The position numbers were made by a program, and so were the translations under genes. Positions 26,845-37,263 of a stretch of DNA of 62,416 bases are shown here, in pieces. This DNA is from Methanobacteriota archaeon (GTDB lineage Archaea > Thermoplasmatota > Poseidoniia > Poseidoniales > Poseidoniaceae), in the NCBI GenBank assembly GCA_002699515.1, contig PAAW01000061.1, forward strand, positions 1 to 62,416, in the 5' to 3' direction. Position 1 is the first letter of the stretch, and every line of letters begins with the position of its first letter. The notes under the pieces are model-generated. The model saw only the letters and a program-made list of their open reading frames with translations, was not told where the DNA came from and made no database searches.

Positions 26845-27825
26845 TCAAGTTTTTTGACTTAATTTTTTTTCAATACATTTTATTAAAATTTCTTCTACAG
26901 AGACGCTTGGCTTCCACTCAAGATTATTTCTTAATTTTGCGGGATCAGCAACAATTGAAGATGGATCCCCACTTCTTAAAAGCTCGTTATCTTCATGCAC
27001 AAAATTTTTCCAATCAATATCAAAATAACCAAATACTATATTTACTAGGGTTTCAATATTATTTCCTTTACCAGATCCTATTACGTAATCTTCATTATCA
27101 TTTTGTTTATTTATTTTATATATTGCTTGTGCAACATCTCCTGCATAGCTCCAGTCCCTTACAAGACTGAGGCTACCAACAGTTAGACTTTCGAGCTTAT
27201 CTTGGTTAATTAAAATTGCTGAGTTTACAATTTTCATAATTAGATAATCTTCGTTTCTAAACTCTGACTCATGATTAAACATTATTCCAGAGCAAATATT
27301 TATTTCTTTTATTTCTTTTAATTCCTGAATGTAGTTATGAATTTTTAACTTTGCCTCAGCATAAGGAGATCTTGGTTTGAAAATCGAACTCTCATCTAGT
27401 TTTGAGTCAGATGAATCAAACATCTCTGAACTTGAGGCTTGAAAGAAATTACAGTTAATATTATTTTCAATAATTGGATTAATTATATTGTTAAAATATT
27501 CAATTATTTGATTGAATGTTTCATTTCCATCGTTTAAAGATTTATATACAGAACTAGGACCTGATAGGTTGTAAACATAATCTGGTTCATACTCTGAAAT
27601 TAAGTTATGAACTTCTTTTTTGTTACCCAAATCAATATTTACAATTTTTATGTCATCTAAGTTTATTTTATTATTTAAAATTCTTAATTTTTTATAAAAT
27701 GAGTTATTATCTTTACTTCTTGAAATTCCCAAAATTTTTACATTTTTTTCCGCATTTAATAAAATAGAGCTCAAAAATAAGCCATCTTGACCAGTTATTC
27801 CAGAAATTAAATGTTTTTTTAGCAT
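26845..27825 (-). CDS. GDP-mannose 4,6-dehydratase-family SDR (divergent Gmd-like)
   Basis: GITGQDGLFL, ASSSEMF, SPYAEAKL (YxxxK) and FNHESEFR motifs. It abuts the upstream convergent gene with a zero-nt gap. Confidence 0.7.
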   Translation of the reverse strand: MLKKHLISGITGQDGLFLSSILLNAEKNVKILGISRSKDNNSFYKKLRILNNKINLDDIKIVNIDLGNKKEVHNLISEYEPDYVYNLSGPSSVYKSLNDGNETFNQIIEYFNNIINPIIENNINCNFFQASSSEMFDSSDSKLDESSIFKPRSPYAEAKLKIHNYIQELKEIKEINICSGIMFNHESEFRNEDYLIMKIVNSAILINQDKLESLTVGSLSLVRDWSYAGDVAQAIYKINKQNDNEDYVIGSGKGNNIETLVNIVFGYFDIDWKNFVHEDNELLRSGDPSSIVADPAKLRNNLEWKPSVSVEEILIKCIEKKLSQKT

Positions 27826-27909
27826 ATTAAATCAAAAGGATACTACAAGTCTATTTGATTTTATTACCATATACACAAATAATTGAAAACTATATAATAT
27901 TCTTACTTT

Positions 27910-28833
27910 ATGAAAGTTTATTTAAACAACATAAATGAATCTTGGGTTGTAGACAGACTGAAAGATGAATGGTACGAGTACAACTTTGATATTTCTACAA
28001 GAAAACCAAAAGAGGCTGACATTATATGGATACTTACACCCTGGTTGTGGAAAAATGTAAGAAAAAGTACTTTAAAGAAAAAAAAAGTAGTTTGCTCAAT
28101 TTATCATATTGATTTTCAAAAATTTTCAGATAAAGACAAAAAAGACTTTTTAAAAAGAGAATCTTATGTAGATGAGTATCATGTGATTTCTGAAAAATCA
28201 AAAATGCAGCTTGAACAACTAACTAATAAAAAAATTACATCGATACCTTTTTGGGTTAATCAAAATCTCTGGTTTCCTATTAATGACAAAAATGAAATAA
28301 GAAAAAAATATGGTCTATCAGAGGAAAATTTTTATATTGGCTCATTCCAGAGAGATACAGAAGGCAGTGATTTAAAATCACCCAAGTTAATTAAAGGTCC
28401 TGATAGGTTTATTGAAATTGTATCTTTAAAATACAGTGAAAATAAAAATACTGTTGTAATTTTAACTGGAAAAAGAAGACAGTATATAATTTCAGAATTA
28501 GAAAAATTAAATATACCTTATAAATATTTTGAAATGGTTGATTTCAATGATTTAAATGAGTTATATAATGTTTTAGATTTGTATATTGTTTCATCAAGAG
28601 TTGAAGGCGGGCCACAAGCAATTGTCGAATGTGGATTAATTAAAACACCAATTATCTCAACCGATGTCGGCGTTGCTAGTGAAATACTATCTTCTGAGTC
28701 AATATTTAATATGGAAAATTTTCATTCAGCTAAACCAAATATTGAATACGCTAATAAAAAATCAAACCTATACACAGTTCCAAAAGGTTTTGACAAGTAT
28801 AGAAATTTATTTAGAGAAATTTATGAAAGTTAG
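27910..28833 (+). CDS. Glycosyltransferase (GT-B, GT4-like C-terminal domain)
   Basis: VSSRVEGGPQAIVECGLIKTPIIST motif. Contains an in-frame A9 tract at 28078-28086. Confidence 0.55.
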   Translation: MKVYLNNINESWVVDRLKDEWYEYNFDISTRKPKEADIIWILTPWLWKNVRKSTLKKKKVVCSIYHIDFQKFSDKDKKDFLKRESYVDEYHVISEKSKMQLEQLTNKKITSIPFWVNQNLWFPINDKNEIRKKYGLSEENFYIGSFQRDTEGSDLKSPKLIKGPDRFIEIVSLKYSENKNTVVILTGKRRQYIISELEKLNIPYKYFEMVDFNDLNELYNVLDLYIVSSRVEGGPQAIVECGLIKTPIISTDVGVASEILSSESIFNMENFHSAKPNIEYANKKSNLYTVPKGFDKYRNLFREIYES

Positions 28834-29887
28834 TATTGGCGCTTTTATTAAAGAGGGACCGTGGGGCGGTGGAAATCTTTTTTTTAAGAATTTAAAAGAA
28901 TATTTAGAGGCAAACGGACATCGCGTCATTAATCACTTATTTGATGATGATATTGATCTAATCCTACTCACAGACCCAAGAAAAAAATCTGAATCATCAT
29001 CTTATACACACAAAGAAATTCTTAAATATAAGAATTATATAAATCCCAGCGTGAAGGTTGTACATAGAATTAATGAATGTGACGAAAGAAAAAAAACGAA
29101 AGGATTAAACCAATTTTTATTTGAAGCTAACCAGTGTTCGGACGCAACAGTATTTGTTAGTGATTGGATAAAAAATTTATATGAAAAGCAAGGTTTTAAT
29201 ATATCAAATCCACATGTTGTAATGTCTGGCTCAAATTCCAAAATCTTCAATTCAGATAAACAAAATATTTGGGATAAGGATCAAAAGATGAAAATTGTAA
29301 CTCATCACTGGAGTGGTAATTGGAACAAGGGATTTGATATTTATGAAACACTAGATTTACTACTTAATGAATCCAAATATTCAGAAAAATTTGAGTTTTT
29401 ATATATAGGAAACATACCAAATAATTTTTCATTTCAAAATACAAAAGTAATTAAACCGCTGTCAGGGTTGTCTCTTGCAGAAGAGCTTAAAAAATGTCAT
29501 TTATACATAACTGCATCAAGAAATGAGCCATCTGGCAATCATCATATTGAAGGAGCCTTATGCGGTCTTCCAGTTTTGTATATTAATAGTGGTGCATTAC
29601 CAGAGTATTGCAAGGGTTATGGTTTAGAGTTTGATGTTGATAATTTTGAATCAAAATTGCTAGAATTAAAAGATTCATATCTTGATGTAAAAGAAACCAT
29701 GATTAAATATCCATATAATTCAGAAAAAATGTGTCAAGAATATGAAAATCTTTTTCAAAATCTAATTAAAGAAAAAGTTAAAATAAACAACATCCCAATA
29801 AGAAATAACTATTTTAGAAAAATTGGAAATAAAATAAAAAGTTTTATATTGTTAAATTTATCAAAGAAAAATAAATTTTGGAGATAA
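28823..29887 (+). CDS. GT4-type glycosyltransferase
   Basis: The track ORF starts at 28664, but the only internal Met (ATG 28823, MKVSIGAFIKEGPWGGGN) gives an 11-nt overlap with the upstream stop. Motif ASRNEPSGNHHIEGALCGLPVL. Confidence 0.6.
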   Translation: MKVSIGAFIKEGPWGGGNLFFKNLKEYLEANGHRVINHLFDDDIDLILLTDPRKKSESSSYTHKEILKYKNYINPSVKVVHRINECDERKKTKGLNQFLFEANQCSDATVFVSDWIKNLYEKQGFNISNPHVVMSGSNSKIFNSDKQNIWDKDQKMKIVTHHWSGNWNKGFDIYETLDLLLNESKYSEKFEFLYIGNIPNNFSFQNTKVIKPLSGLSLAEELKKCHLYITASRNEPSGNHHIEGALCGLPVLYINSGALPEYCKGYGLEFDVDNFESKLLELKDSYLDVKETMIKYPYNSEKMCQEYENLFQNLIKEKVKINNIPIRNNYFRKIGNKIKSFILLNLSKKNKFWR

Positions 29888-31239
29888 TGTTAAATAATTT
29901 AAAAAACGCATATATTCATCTTTACGCTTTATTTTTGATATTAGTTTTATTATTTGGTAGATCATTTACTGGGCTTTATATATTTGGGTTTAGAATTGGT
30001 GAACTAGCAATAGGTGCTTGCTTAGTTTTATCAATTTATTTTCTATTTTTTATTAGGAAAGACAATGAAATTTTTGTTTTTGGAGATAAGACTTTTTATG
30101 CGATCAAGCTCATAATTCTTACCTTCTTCCTTACAGTATTTGCTACGGGAGGGTCATTATTAAGACTCTATACCTATAAGTCAAGTTCTTATATATGGAC
30201 CATTTCATTCTTAATCTTGGGAAGTATATTTTATTCGAATATAAGTAGAGATTTTTATCTATTAAAGTATTTTCCATTTTTTTTGCCTATCACTTATATA
30301 TTAAGTACTACATATTTTCCACAATTCTTAATTGATTTCTTTTTAACCTACTCAGATAAATTTGATTTTTTAAAAGCCGCAGATATATTCATTTTATATA
30401 TTTTTACAAATATATTTAATCAAAAATTTATGAAAAAAGATTTTAATTATTACACTTATTTATTAATTTCATCAGCAGTTTTTATTCCTCTTTTTCTATA
30501 TAAAAGCAAAGGGGCTTTCCTTCCAGCTTCACTATTCCTTCTAATGGAGCTTGTGAGGACACGAAAAATATTTATTAAATATAAGGTTAAATCTCTAGTT
30601 TTAATAATTTTATGTATTCCAATATTTTTTCTTTCTACTTACAATTCAGGTTTAGAACTTTCAGGCAACGAATATACCTTAGAAGAAGAGAGATTAAAGC
30701 TCATTACATCTAGTGTTGCAAGAGCAGCAGACGAAAAAAATACTATTGAATTATTTGGGTCATTTTTTATTTATGATGGAAGACTTTACTCAGAAGAACA
30801 AATGGCTAATTGGAGGCTACAAATATGGCAAGATGTGGTCCTTGACCTATTTTCTTATTCAGAATACGTGCCTTCGGGGGAACATTATTACAGAACACCA
30901 GGTGAATCAAGAACGGACCTTTTTCTGACTGGTTATGGTTATAACGAAATGTTACCAGCTATGAACCATTCAAGCAGAAGAGGCACAGATCTAATGAATG
31001 AAAACGTTCATAATTTCGCAGTGAATATACTTGCAAAAGGTGGTTTCGTTCAGTTCTTTTTGTTCATATTCTTTTACTTGAGTCTTATTACTCACTGGTA
31101 TAAGAAAAATAAAAATTTAAAATTGTTATCTTTTATAACATTTGCATTAATGTGTGCATTTTTTGATGTCGCTATGGAGGGTGTAAGGTTTCCTTTTATC
31201 TTCTTTGGATCAATTAGTTATTTATTTTATGAAGACTAG
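29878..31239 (+). CDS. Wzy_C-domain polytopic membrane protein (O-antigen polymerase / ligase / O-oligosaccharyltransferase class)
   Basis: About 10 or more hydrophobic helices, a large loop, then NENVHNFAVNILAKGGFVQFFLF, which is typical of Wzy_C. Confidence 0.6.
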   Translation: MEIMLNNLKNAYIHLYALFLILVLLFGRSFTGLYIFGFRIGELAIGACLVLSIYFLFFIRKDNEIFVFGDKTFYAIKLIILTFFLTVFATGGSLLRLYTYKSSSYIWTISFLILGSIFYSNISRDFYLLKYFPFFLPITYILSTTYFPQFLIDFFLTYSDKFDFLKAADIFILYIFTNIFNQKFMKKDFNYYTYLLISSAVFIPLFLYKSKGAFLPASLFLLMELVRTRKIFIKYKVKSLVLIILCIPIFFLSTYNSGLELSGNEYTLEEERLKLITSSVARAADEKNTIELFGSFFIYDGRLYSEEQMANWRLQIWQDVVLDLFSYSEYVPSGEHYYRTPGESRTDLFLTGYGYNEMLPAMNHSSRRGTDLMNENVHNFAVNILAKGGFVQFFLFIFFYLSLITHWYKKNKNLKLLSFITFALMCAFFDVAMEGVRFPFIFFGSISYLFYED

Positions 31240-32165
31240 CTTAAACTTTTGATATACCAGTTGTAAGTTTTTTCAATTCCTAAATCTAGATCTATTTCTG
31301 CCTCCCAACCTAATGAGTTTATTAAAGAGGAATCAAGAAGTTTTCGAGGGTTTCCATCCGGCTTACTAGTGTCAAATAAAATATCTCCTTCATAGTTCAT
31401 AACATTTTTAATTTTTTCGGCTAAATCCTTAATTTTTATTTCATTTCCACTACCAATATTAATTAAATCTGTATCAAGATCTTTATCAATTAAAAACTCG
31501 ATTGCTTTCGCTAGATCTTCAGAGAACATAAATTCTCTTAATGGCTCTCCAGTTCCCCAAATATTAAATTGTTTTTCATTTTTAATTTTTGCTTTATGCA
31601 TTCTGAAAATTAATCCAGGTATGACATGGCTATCAAGTTCAGAAAATTTATCATAAGGCCCATAGAGGTTGGTAGGCATTAAGTTCAAGACGTTAACGCC
31701 ATACTGTTCATTAATCGATCTTCCAATTTCTATTGCAGTTATTTTTGCCATTGCATAGGGTGAGTTAGTTGGCTCAAGCATTCCAGACAAAAAAGAACTT
31801 TCCTTAATTGGGTTTTCAGCATTTAATGGGTATATACAACTACTTCCGAGATTAATAATCTTAGTTTCTGGAAATTCTTTTACAGTTTCTAGTAGGTTCA
31901 TATTGATTTTTAGATTTTCTAATATAAATTCAGTTCTTTGTGTATTATTAGCCTGTATTCCACCAACCTTTGCAGCAGCATTAATTACTATGTCGGGGTT
32001 TTGATCCCTTATAAGCTTTTTTGTATCATCAAGTGAAAAAAGATCCGTATCTTTTCTACTAGATCCAAAAATTGAAGAAACTTTTTCAGAATTAACTAAA
32101 TGATTATTAAGAGTTGTTCCAACAAGTCCATTGCTTCCTAATATAAGAACTTTACTTTTCCTCAT
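31236..32165 (-). CDS. fcl: GDP-L-fucose synthase (GDP-4-keto-6-deoxymannose 3,5-epimerase/4-reductase)
   Basis: ILGSNGLVG, AAKVGGIQAN, SSCIYP, SPYAMAK and NLYGPYDKF motifs. 309 aa. Confidence 0.85.
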   Translation of the reverse strand: MRKSKVLILGSNGLVGTTLNNHLVNSEKVSSIFGSSRKDTDLFSLDDTKKLIRDQNPDIVINAAAKVGGIQANNTQRTEFILENLKINMNLLETVKEFPETKIINLGSSCIYPLNAENPIKESSFLSGMLEPTNSPYAMAKITAIEIGRSINEQYGVNVLNLMPTNLYGPYDKFSELDSHVIPGLIFRMHKAKIKNEKQFNIWGTGEPLREFMFSEDLAKAIEFLIDKDLDTDLINIGSGNEIKIKDLAEKIKNVMNYEGDILFDTSKPDGNPRKLLDSSLINSLGWEAEIDLDLGIEKTYNWYIKSLS

Positions 32166-32275
32166 TTCTTAATATTCTAACTAAAGTTTTCAATATAAAA
32201 ATAGAAATACTTTTTATTTCTCTATATTTATAAATTTATTCATCAGTTTATATATTGAAGTCATAAAATGGAATA

Positions 32276-34081
32276 ATGTGTGGTTATCTAGGAATTTTAT
32301 CAACCAATGAGATTGATCAAACAGAAGCACAAATTGCAAATAATAATTTAATTTGTAGAGGGCCGGATAGTAAAAAAGATATTTTTTCCTCAACAAGTAA
32401 ATATAACAATCATTTAAAAAATTTTAACTTCAGCTTTATATTTAACAGATTATCAATTCTAGATTTATCAGAAAAAGCAGACCAACCAATGTATTCTAAG
32501 AAATTTAATACAGCAGTTATGTTTAACGGCGAAATTTTTAATCATGCTGAGCTAAGAAAAGAATTAGAAAGCGAAGGTGTCCAGTTTAAAACGGACCATT
32601 CTGATTCAGAAGTTGTACTCTTAGGGCTTTCTTATAAAGGACTGAGTTTTTTAGATAAATTAATAGGACAATTTGCTGTATTTTTTATTGATTATGAAAA
32701 TATGGTATTCCATCTAATAAGAGACAGGCTGGGGCAAAAGCCTTTATTTTATTCTGTAACATCAGAAAATATAACCTTTGGTTCAAATTTAAAATCCATC
32801 GCAAGAGTCTCAAAAAACAAAGATTATAACTTCGAATCAATTGGTGAGTATTTTTCTTTGGGTGTCGTTACAGCTCCAAATACAATCTTTAAAAATATTT
32901 ATAAAGTAGAGCCAGGCGAAATAGCAACTTTTAATTTATTAGAAGAAGATTTGAATCCTACAAAAATTAAATACTGGAATATTGATGAACTTGTTGGAAA
33001 TCAAAATTTTAATGATGAGGAGTTCCTCTCCTTATTAAGTGATGCTGTAAATATAAGAGTAAATGCTGATGTTGATGTAGCAAATTTTTTATCAGGGGGA
33101 TTGGACTCCACATCTATAATTAAGATCCAAGAGAAAAATAATATTAATACAAATTCATTCTCAGTAGGATATGAAGATAGTAAATATGATGAAAGCATAT
33201 GGTTTAATAAAGTTGCAAAAATATATAATACAAATCATCGTACTAAAAATATCGGAAACAACTTCAAACTGGACGACATCTTAAATTCAATAAACATTTT
33301 TGACGAACCCTATGCTGACCCTTCTACAGTTCCTTCGTATATATTAAGTAAAGAAATATCAAAATTTTTTAAAGTTGCTATTTCAGGAGATGGTGGAGAT
33401 GAATTATTTGGAGGATACACAAGAACTTTAAGCCTCCTTAGTAATAGAAACAATATTCAAAATATTTATTCTAAACTTTTTTATATTTATCCCTCATTTC
33501 TTGGTACGGGAAATAACTTAAGAAAATATTCATCTGATATCTTAAAAGCTTATAGTTCTTATTTTGAAGACACTAAGCTTTTAAATTTACTAGGTATTAA
33601 TACTGAAACTAAATTTAACAATACACTTGTTTCAAGCTCCTTGAGCAATTATAAAAAGATGCAGTTAATTGAATACAAGCTTTATTTAAGTGAAATGATG
33701 ATGCTCAAAGTTGATAGAACATCAATGGCAAACTCCTTAGAAGTGAGGTCACCATTTGTTGATCATAGATTAATTGAGTATATGTTAAATCACAATGAAA
33801 CTCATATTGATCCTAAAAACTCAAAACAAATACTAAAAAATTTAATTAATGAAGATTTTGACAGTAGTTTTTTAAATAGAAAAAAAATGGGTTTTGTATT
33901 TAATATCGAAGAATGGATTTACCAAAATTTAGACTTAGTCCAGGACCGACTGATTAATGGAAAGATAATAAAGAGTTATAATTCAAATATTGTAAATTTA
34001 CTTAAAATAAATAAATCTAGAATGAATGCAAATAGATTGTGGAAAATATTCTTTTTAGAGGAGTTCTTAGATGGTAGTTAA
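32276..34081 (+). CDS. asnB: Asparagine synthase (glutamine-hydrolysing)-family amidotransferase
   Basis: N-terminal MCGYLG (Ntn Cys2) and the PP-loop-like FLSGGLDSTS. 601 aa. Confidence 0.85.
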   Translation: MCGYLGILSTNEIDQTEAQIANNNLICRGPDSKKDIFSSTSKYNNHLKNFNFSFIFNRLSILDLSEKADQPMYSKKFNTAVMFNGEIFNHAELRKELESEGVQFKTDHSDSEVVLLGLSYKGLSFLDKLIGQFAVFFIDYENMVFHLIRDRLGQKPLFYSVTSENITFGSNLKSIARVSKNKDYNFESIGEYFSLGVVTAPNTIFKNIYKVEPGEIATFNLLEEDLNPTKIKYWNIDELVGNQNFNDEEFLSLLSDAVNIRVNADVDVANFLSGGLDSTSIIKIQEKNNINTNSFSVGYEDSKYDESIWFNKVAKIYNTNHRTKNIGNNFKLDDILNSINIFDEPYADPSTVPSYILSKEISKFFKVAISGDGGDELFGGYTRTLSLLSNRNNIQNIYSKLFYIYPSFLGTGNNLRKYSSDILKAYSSYFEDTKLLNLLGINTETKFNNTLVSSSLSNYKKMQLIEYKLYLSEMMMLKVDRTSMANSLEVRSPFVDHRLIEYMLNHNETHIDPKNSKQILKNLINEDFDSSFLNRKKMGFVFNIEEWIYQNLDLVQDRLINGKIIKSYNSNIVNLLKINKSRMNANRLWKIFFLEEFLDGS

Positions 34082-35402
34082 TAAATTTTATTTTTACCCC
34101 GTTTCAATATTTATGGGAATATCTCTTTACTACTTATTATTTATGGGTAGTTTTATTATTCCCGATTACTCTTTTGGAAATCCCCAGCTTTGTGTTGATA
34201 TTGTTGAATATGAGCTTGGCAATAATACTTATTTTAAATATCCATTTAGTTGTGATCAAAATTTCTATTACTCAGGATTTGAAAACTTCAGGGAGGTATT
34301 TAAAGAAACGTATAATTATCAATCTCGTCCATTATTTATACTTGGAGGTTTTATTTTTTATAATATTGTTAACTTTTTAGTTAATATTTTTAGTTTAGAT
34401 TTTAATTACATAACCCAACTCTCTACTTTTTTGTACCAGATTTCAATTATCAATTTTATTGTTTATTTACTTTATAAATCATTTGACCTAAAGACTAAGT
34501 TTACAAATCTAAATTACTTCGTTCTATTAACCTTTGTTATGTTAAATCCAATATACAAGTGGGGTATATTTGTCCCCTCCCACCAAACAGCAACTTTGTT
34601 GCTAATAGCTTTTTTCATATTTTTTGCATCGAGAAAAAATTTGACCATAGATTATAAAGTTGCATTATTGTTTGGTTTATTTTTTCTTTTTCATAGATCT
34701 TTTTTAATTAGCTATCTAGCTTTGGTACTTTTCAAAAATTTAAATAAATTAATGGTTAAAGAAACCTATATAAAAAATTCTTATTTATTTCTTTTTTTCC
34801 TTCTACCAAACATAATTTATGAATCATTTATAAGGTTTGTTCTTCAAAGGTCAACTTATGACGCAAATACAGAATACTGGGGCCAGTTTATATGGTTATT
34901 TGATTTTATTAGGGGAAAAATTAGATATATTAGTGAGTGGCACTGTGTAACAATACCAGAAAATTTTATCTGCTATTTGAGTGATTTAAAAAGGATGTTG
35001 TTTTATATGTTTTTACCGGCGTTAGTTGTTGGAGTGCTTTTTTTAATAAATTTATATTTTGAAAAAAATAAAAAATATGACTTACTTTATGAGTCTGGAT
35101 TTATAACAATTTCTTTATTTTTATTTTGGTCTCTAATTGGTTGGTATCCTCCAGTTAGGTTTAACTTTTACAGCATTGGACATTTCATAACAATATTATT
35201 TTTTATCTTTTACTTAAACCAGGAAAATTTAATAAGTAGACTAATTGTTTTTTCTGTTTTCATAGTTAGCTATATTTTTATTCCTCATTGGAATATTCCA
35301 GAAGAGACAATAACTTTTGGAGTTACTTCTTATTTTTCTATTATCATATTGGCTCTTTTTTTTGTTTTCAAAATATTGGAAAGAAGAAAAGAGTATAAAT
35401 AG
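34071..35402 (+). CDS. Polytopic membrane protein, GT-C-like / polymerase-like, function unknown
   Basis: 443 aa and more than 10 hydrophobic helices. A Cys-containing first loop follows TM1. Overlaps the asnB-like stop by 11 nt. Confidence 0.45.
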   Translation: MVVNKFYFYPVSIFMGISLYYLLFMGSFIIPDYSFGNPQLCVDIVEYELGNNTYFKYPFSCDQNFYYSGFENFREVFKETYNYQSRPLFILGGFIFYNIVNFLVNIFSLDFNYITQLSTFLYQISIINFIVYLLYKSFDLKTKFTNLNYFVLLTFVMLNPIYKWGIFVPSHQTATLLLIAFFIFFASRKNLTIDYKVALLFGLFFLFHRSFLISYLALVLFKNLNKLMVKETYIKNSYLFLFFLLPNIIYESFIRFVLQRSTYDANTEYWGQFIWLFDFIRGKIRYISEWHCVTIPENFICYLSDLKRMLFYMFLPALVVGVLFLINLYFEKNKKYDLLYESGFITISLFLFWSLIGWYPPVRFNFYSIGHFITILFFIFYLNQENLISRLIVFSVFIVSYIFIPHWNIPEETITFGVTSYFSIIILALFFVFKILERRKEYK

Positions 35403-35416
35403 CTAACCTTTATCTT

Positions 35417-36346
35417 ATGAGTATTAATATCTTATATTGTTTTGATGAAAACTACAATCTACAGGCCTTGACTTCGATGATTTCCTTGCTCGATGAAACA
35501 TCAGAAATTGTTGATATTTATATTGTTCATAATAATCCTGAAAGTTTTACAAAATTATCAAAGATTATTAAATCACATAAGAAAGTTGGAAAAATATTAA
35601 TCACTAAATTTGATAAACAAAATTTTACTTTTCCAAATGTTGAGAATAGTCATGTTTCTGACGCAACTTATTACAGATTGTTTATTGAAGACCTTTTACC
35701 AGAGCAGCTTGACTATGTTCTTTATTTGGATGCTGATATTATTTGTTATCATGATCCAAGTAAAGAAATTCAAAATGTAGCTAGTTCACTTTTAAAATCA
35801 GAAAATACAATTGCCTCAGTACGAGAAAATTTTGATGATACTGAAAAGAATGATATAAATAAAAGGCTAAATATAGATGCAGATAAATATTTCAACGCCG
35901 GAGCCATGTTTATTGATTTAAAATCTTGGAGAAAAAAATCAATTATGTCGGCTTCTTTGGAAATTATAAATCAAAAAAATAAAGATTTAAAATTTTGGGA
36001 TCAGGATGTATTAAATGTGATGTTTAATAATGATTTAATTGAAATTAATAATTCATTTAATTACATAATAAATATTGAAAAAGATACCTTAATTCCTGAA
36101 GAAACTATATTTCTTCACTACGCTGGAAGCTTCAAGCCCTGGACTGTTAGAGGGGCTATTGAAAAAAATTCAATCTATTATATGGAACAATATAGAAAAT
36201 TAAATTTAGAAAAGTTTCATATAACCCATACATGGAAGCTATCTTCTTTAATTTATTTAATAAGGAGTTTGTTTAATTTAAAAATCATAAATACTAAATA
36301 TCCAATTTCTTTTTTAAGTCAAGTAATTAGAACTCTTCTAAGATAA
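35417..36346 (+). CDS. GT8 glycosyltransferase (LPS alpha-1,3-galactosyl/glucosyltransferase-like)
   Basis: SDATYYRLFI, YLDADIIC (DxD), FNAGAMFIDL and WDQDVLN motifs. Confidence 0.8.
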   Translation: MSINILYCFDENYNLQALTSMISLLDETSEIVDIYIVHNNPESFTKLSKIIKSHKKVGKILITKFDKQNFTFPNVENSHVSDATYYRLFIEDLLPEQLDYVLYLDADIICYHDPSKEIQNVASSLLKSENTIASVRENFDDTEKNDINKRLNIDADKYFNAGAMFIDLKSWRKKSIMSASLEIINQKNKDLKFWDQDVLNVMFNNDLIEINNSFNYIINIEKDTLIPEETIFLHYAGSFKPWTVRGAIEKNSIYYMEQYRKLNLEKFHITHTWKLSSLIYLIRSLFNLKIINTKYPISFLSQVIRTLLR

Positions 36347-36365
36347 AGAAAGATATTGATTAATC

Positions 36366-37259
36366 TTGAATAAAGTGATTAAAGATATAGAGTACAAATA
36401 TAGAAAGTTAATTAATATTTTTGTTTTATTTTTCTATAAAATACTTAGAACATTCTACAAAAACAATAATTCTGAATTGAAGTTAATAATTTTAAAGAAC
36501 AGAAAAACTCTATCTGAAGCTCATAGTCTTTTATCCGAGAATCAGTATGCTGAAAATAATTATGGAATTCCAGGTAATGTTTTTTTAAGTATTAATAAAC
36601 CTATTGACTCATTTCCAACATATTCTGATATATTTATTTTTATTTCAAGATACTTAAATAAACCAATTAACTATCTTGAAATAGGTGTATCAGTATTAAA
36701 AAACTACATTCAAATGAATGAAAGTTTACAAAATTCAAATCTTACATGTTTTGATATTAATCCAATAGCACCCAACTCCCTTTTCATATTTAATGAGAAT
36801 AACAAGAGAGAAAATAGTAACGAAAATATATTTACAGGATACAACAATGAGAATGAAAATGTGCTTTCATATTACAAAGGAAACGTTCTTGATAGAGAAG
36901 AAACAGGTGTTTTTAGAAATGCCCATAATTCAAAATTTAATTTTATTTTTTCCGATGCTCTTCATGAACATGATGCCGTTATTACTGAGTACAAAAATAT
37001 AATTAAAGGGAATTTAGATGAAGAATTTATCTTGTATTTTGATGATCTTGATTTCCCTGGTTTAGAAAATACAATAAATCTAATATATTCTGATATTAAA
37101 AAAGAATATAAAGATGTATTTTGTACTACTTTTTATATAAACGGGTGGGTAGGTCAGCATGAGAAGCTGCATAAGAATGCATTAATATCAACCATAGATT
37201 TTTATGAGGTTATGAAAAAAGAAAAAATTAAATTACCATTTATTAGAAGATGGATATAA
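36366..37259 (+). CDS. Hypothetical protein, possible class I methyltransferase fold
   Basis: TTG start. The YLEIGVSVLKN, CFDINP and FIFSDALHEHDAV pattern is weak evidence. Confidence 0.35.
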   Translation: MNKVIKDIEYKYRKLINIFVLFFYKILRTFYKNNNSELKLIILKNRKTLSEAHSLLSENQYAENNYGIPGNVFLSINKPIDSFPTYSDIFIFISRYLNKPINYLEIGVSVLKNYIQMNESLQNSNLTCFDINPIAPNSLFIFNENNKRENSNENIFTGYNNENENVLSYYKGNVLDREETGVFRNAHNSKFNFIFSDALHEHDAVITEYKNIIKGNLDEEFILYFDDLDFPGLENTINLIYSDIKKEYKDVFCTTFYINGWVGQHEKLHKNALISTIDFYEVMKKEKIKLPFIRRWI

Positions 37260-37263
37260 CTAA

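Noticed and set aside
28664-28822. The upstream 53 codons of track ORF 28664-29887, which overlap the preceding GT gene by 170 nt.
   Set aside because: The extension (MSALLVKYYLLSQYLIWKIF..) looks like out-of-frame translation of the upstream gene. ATG 28823 yields a typical GT N-terminus and an 11-nt overlap.
32203-32221. An inverted repeat AGAAATA-ctttt-TATTTCT in the fcl/asnB divergent spacer, possibly an operator or hairpin.
   Set aside because: It is a 7-bp all-A/T stem. Such palindromes are expected by chance in DNA of this composition, and no second copy was seen elsewhere.
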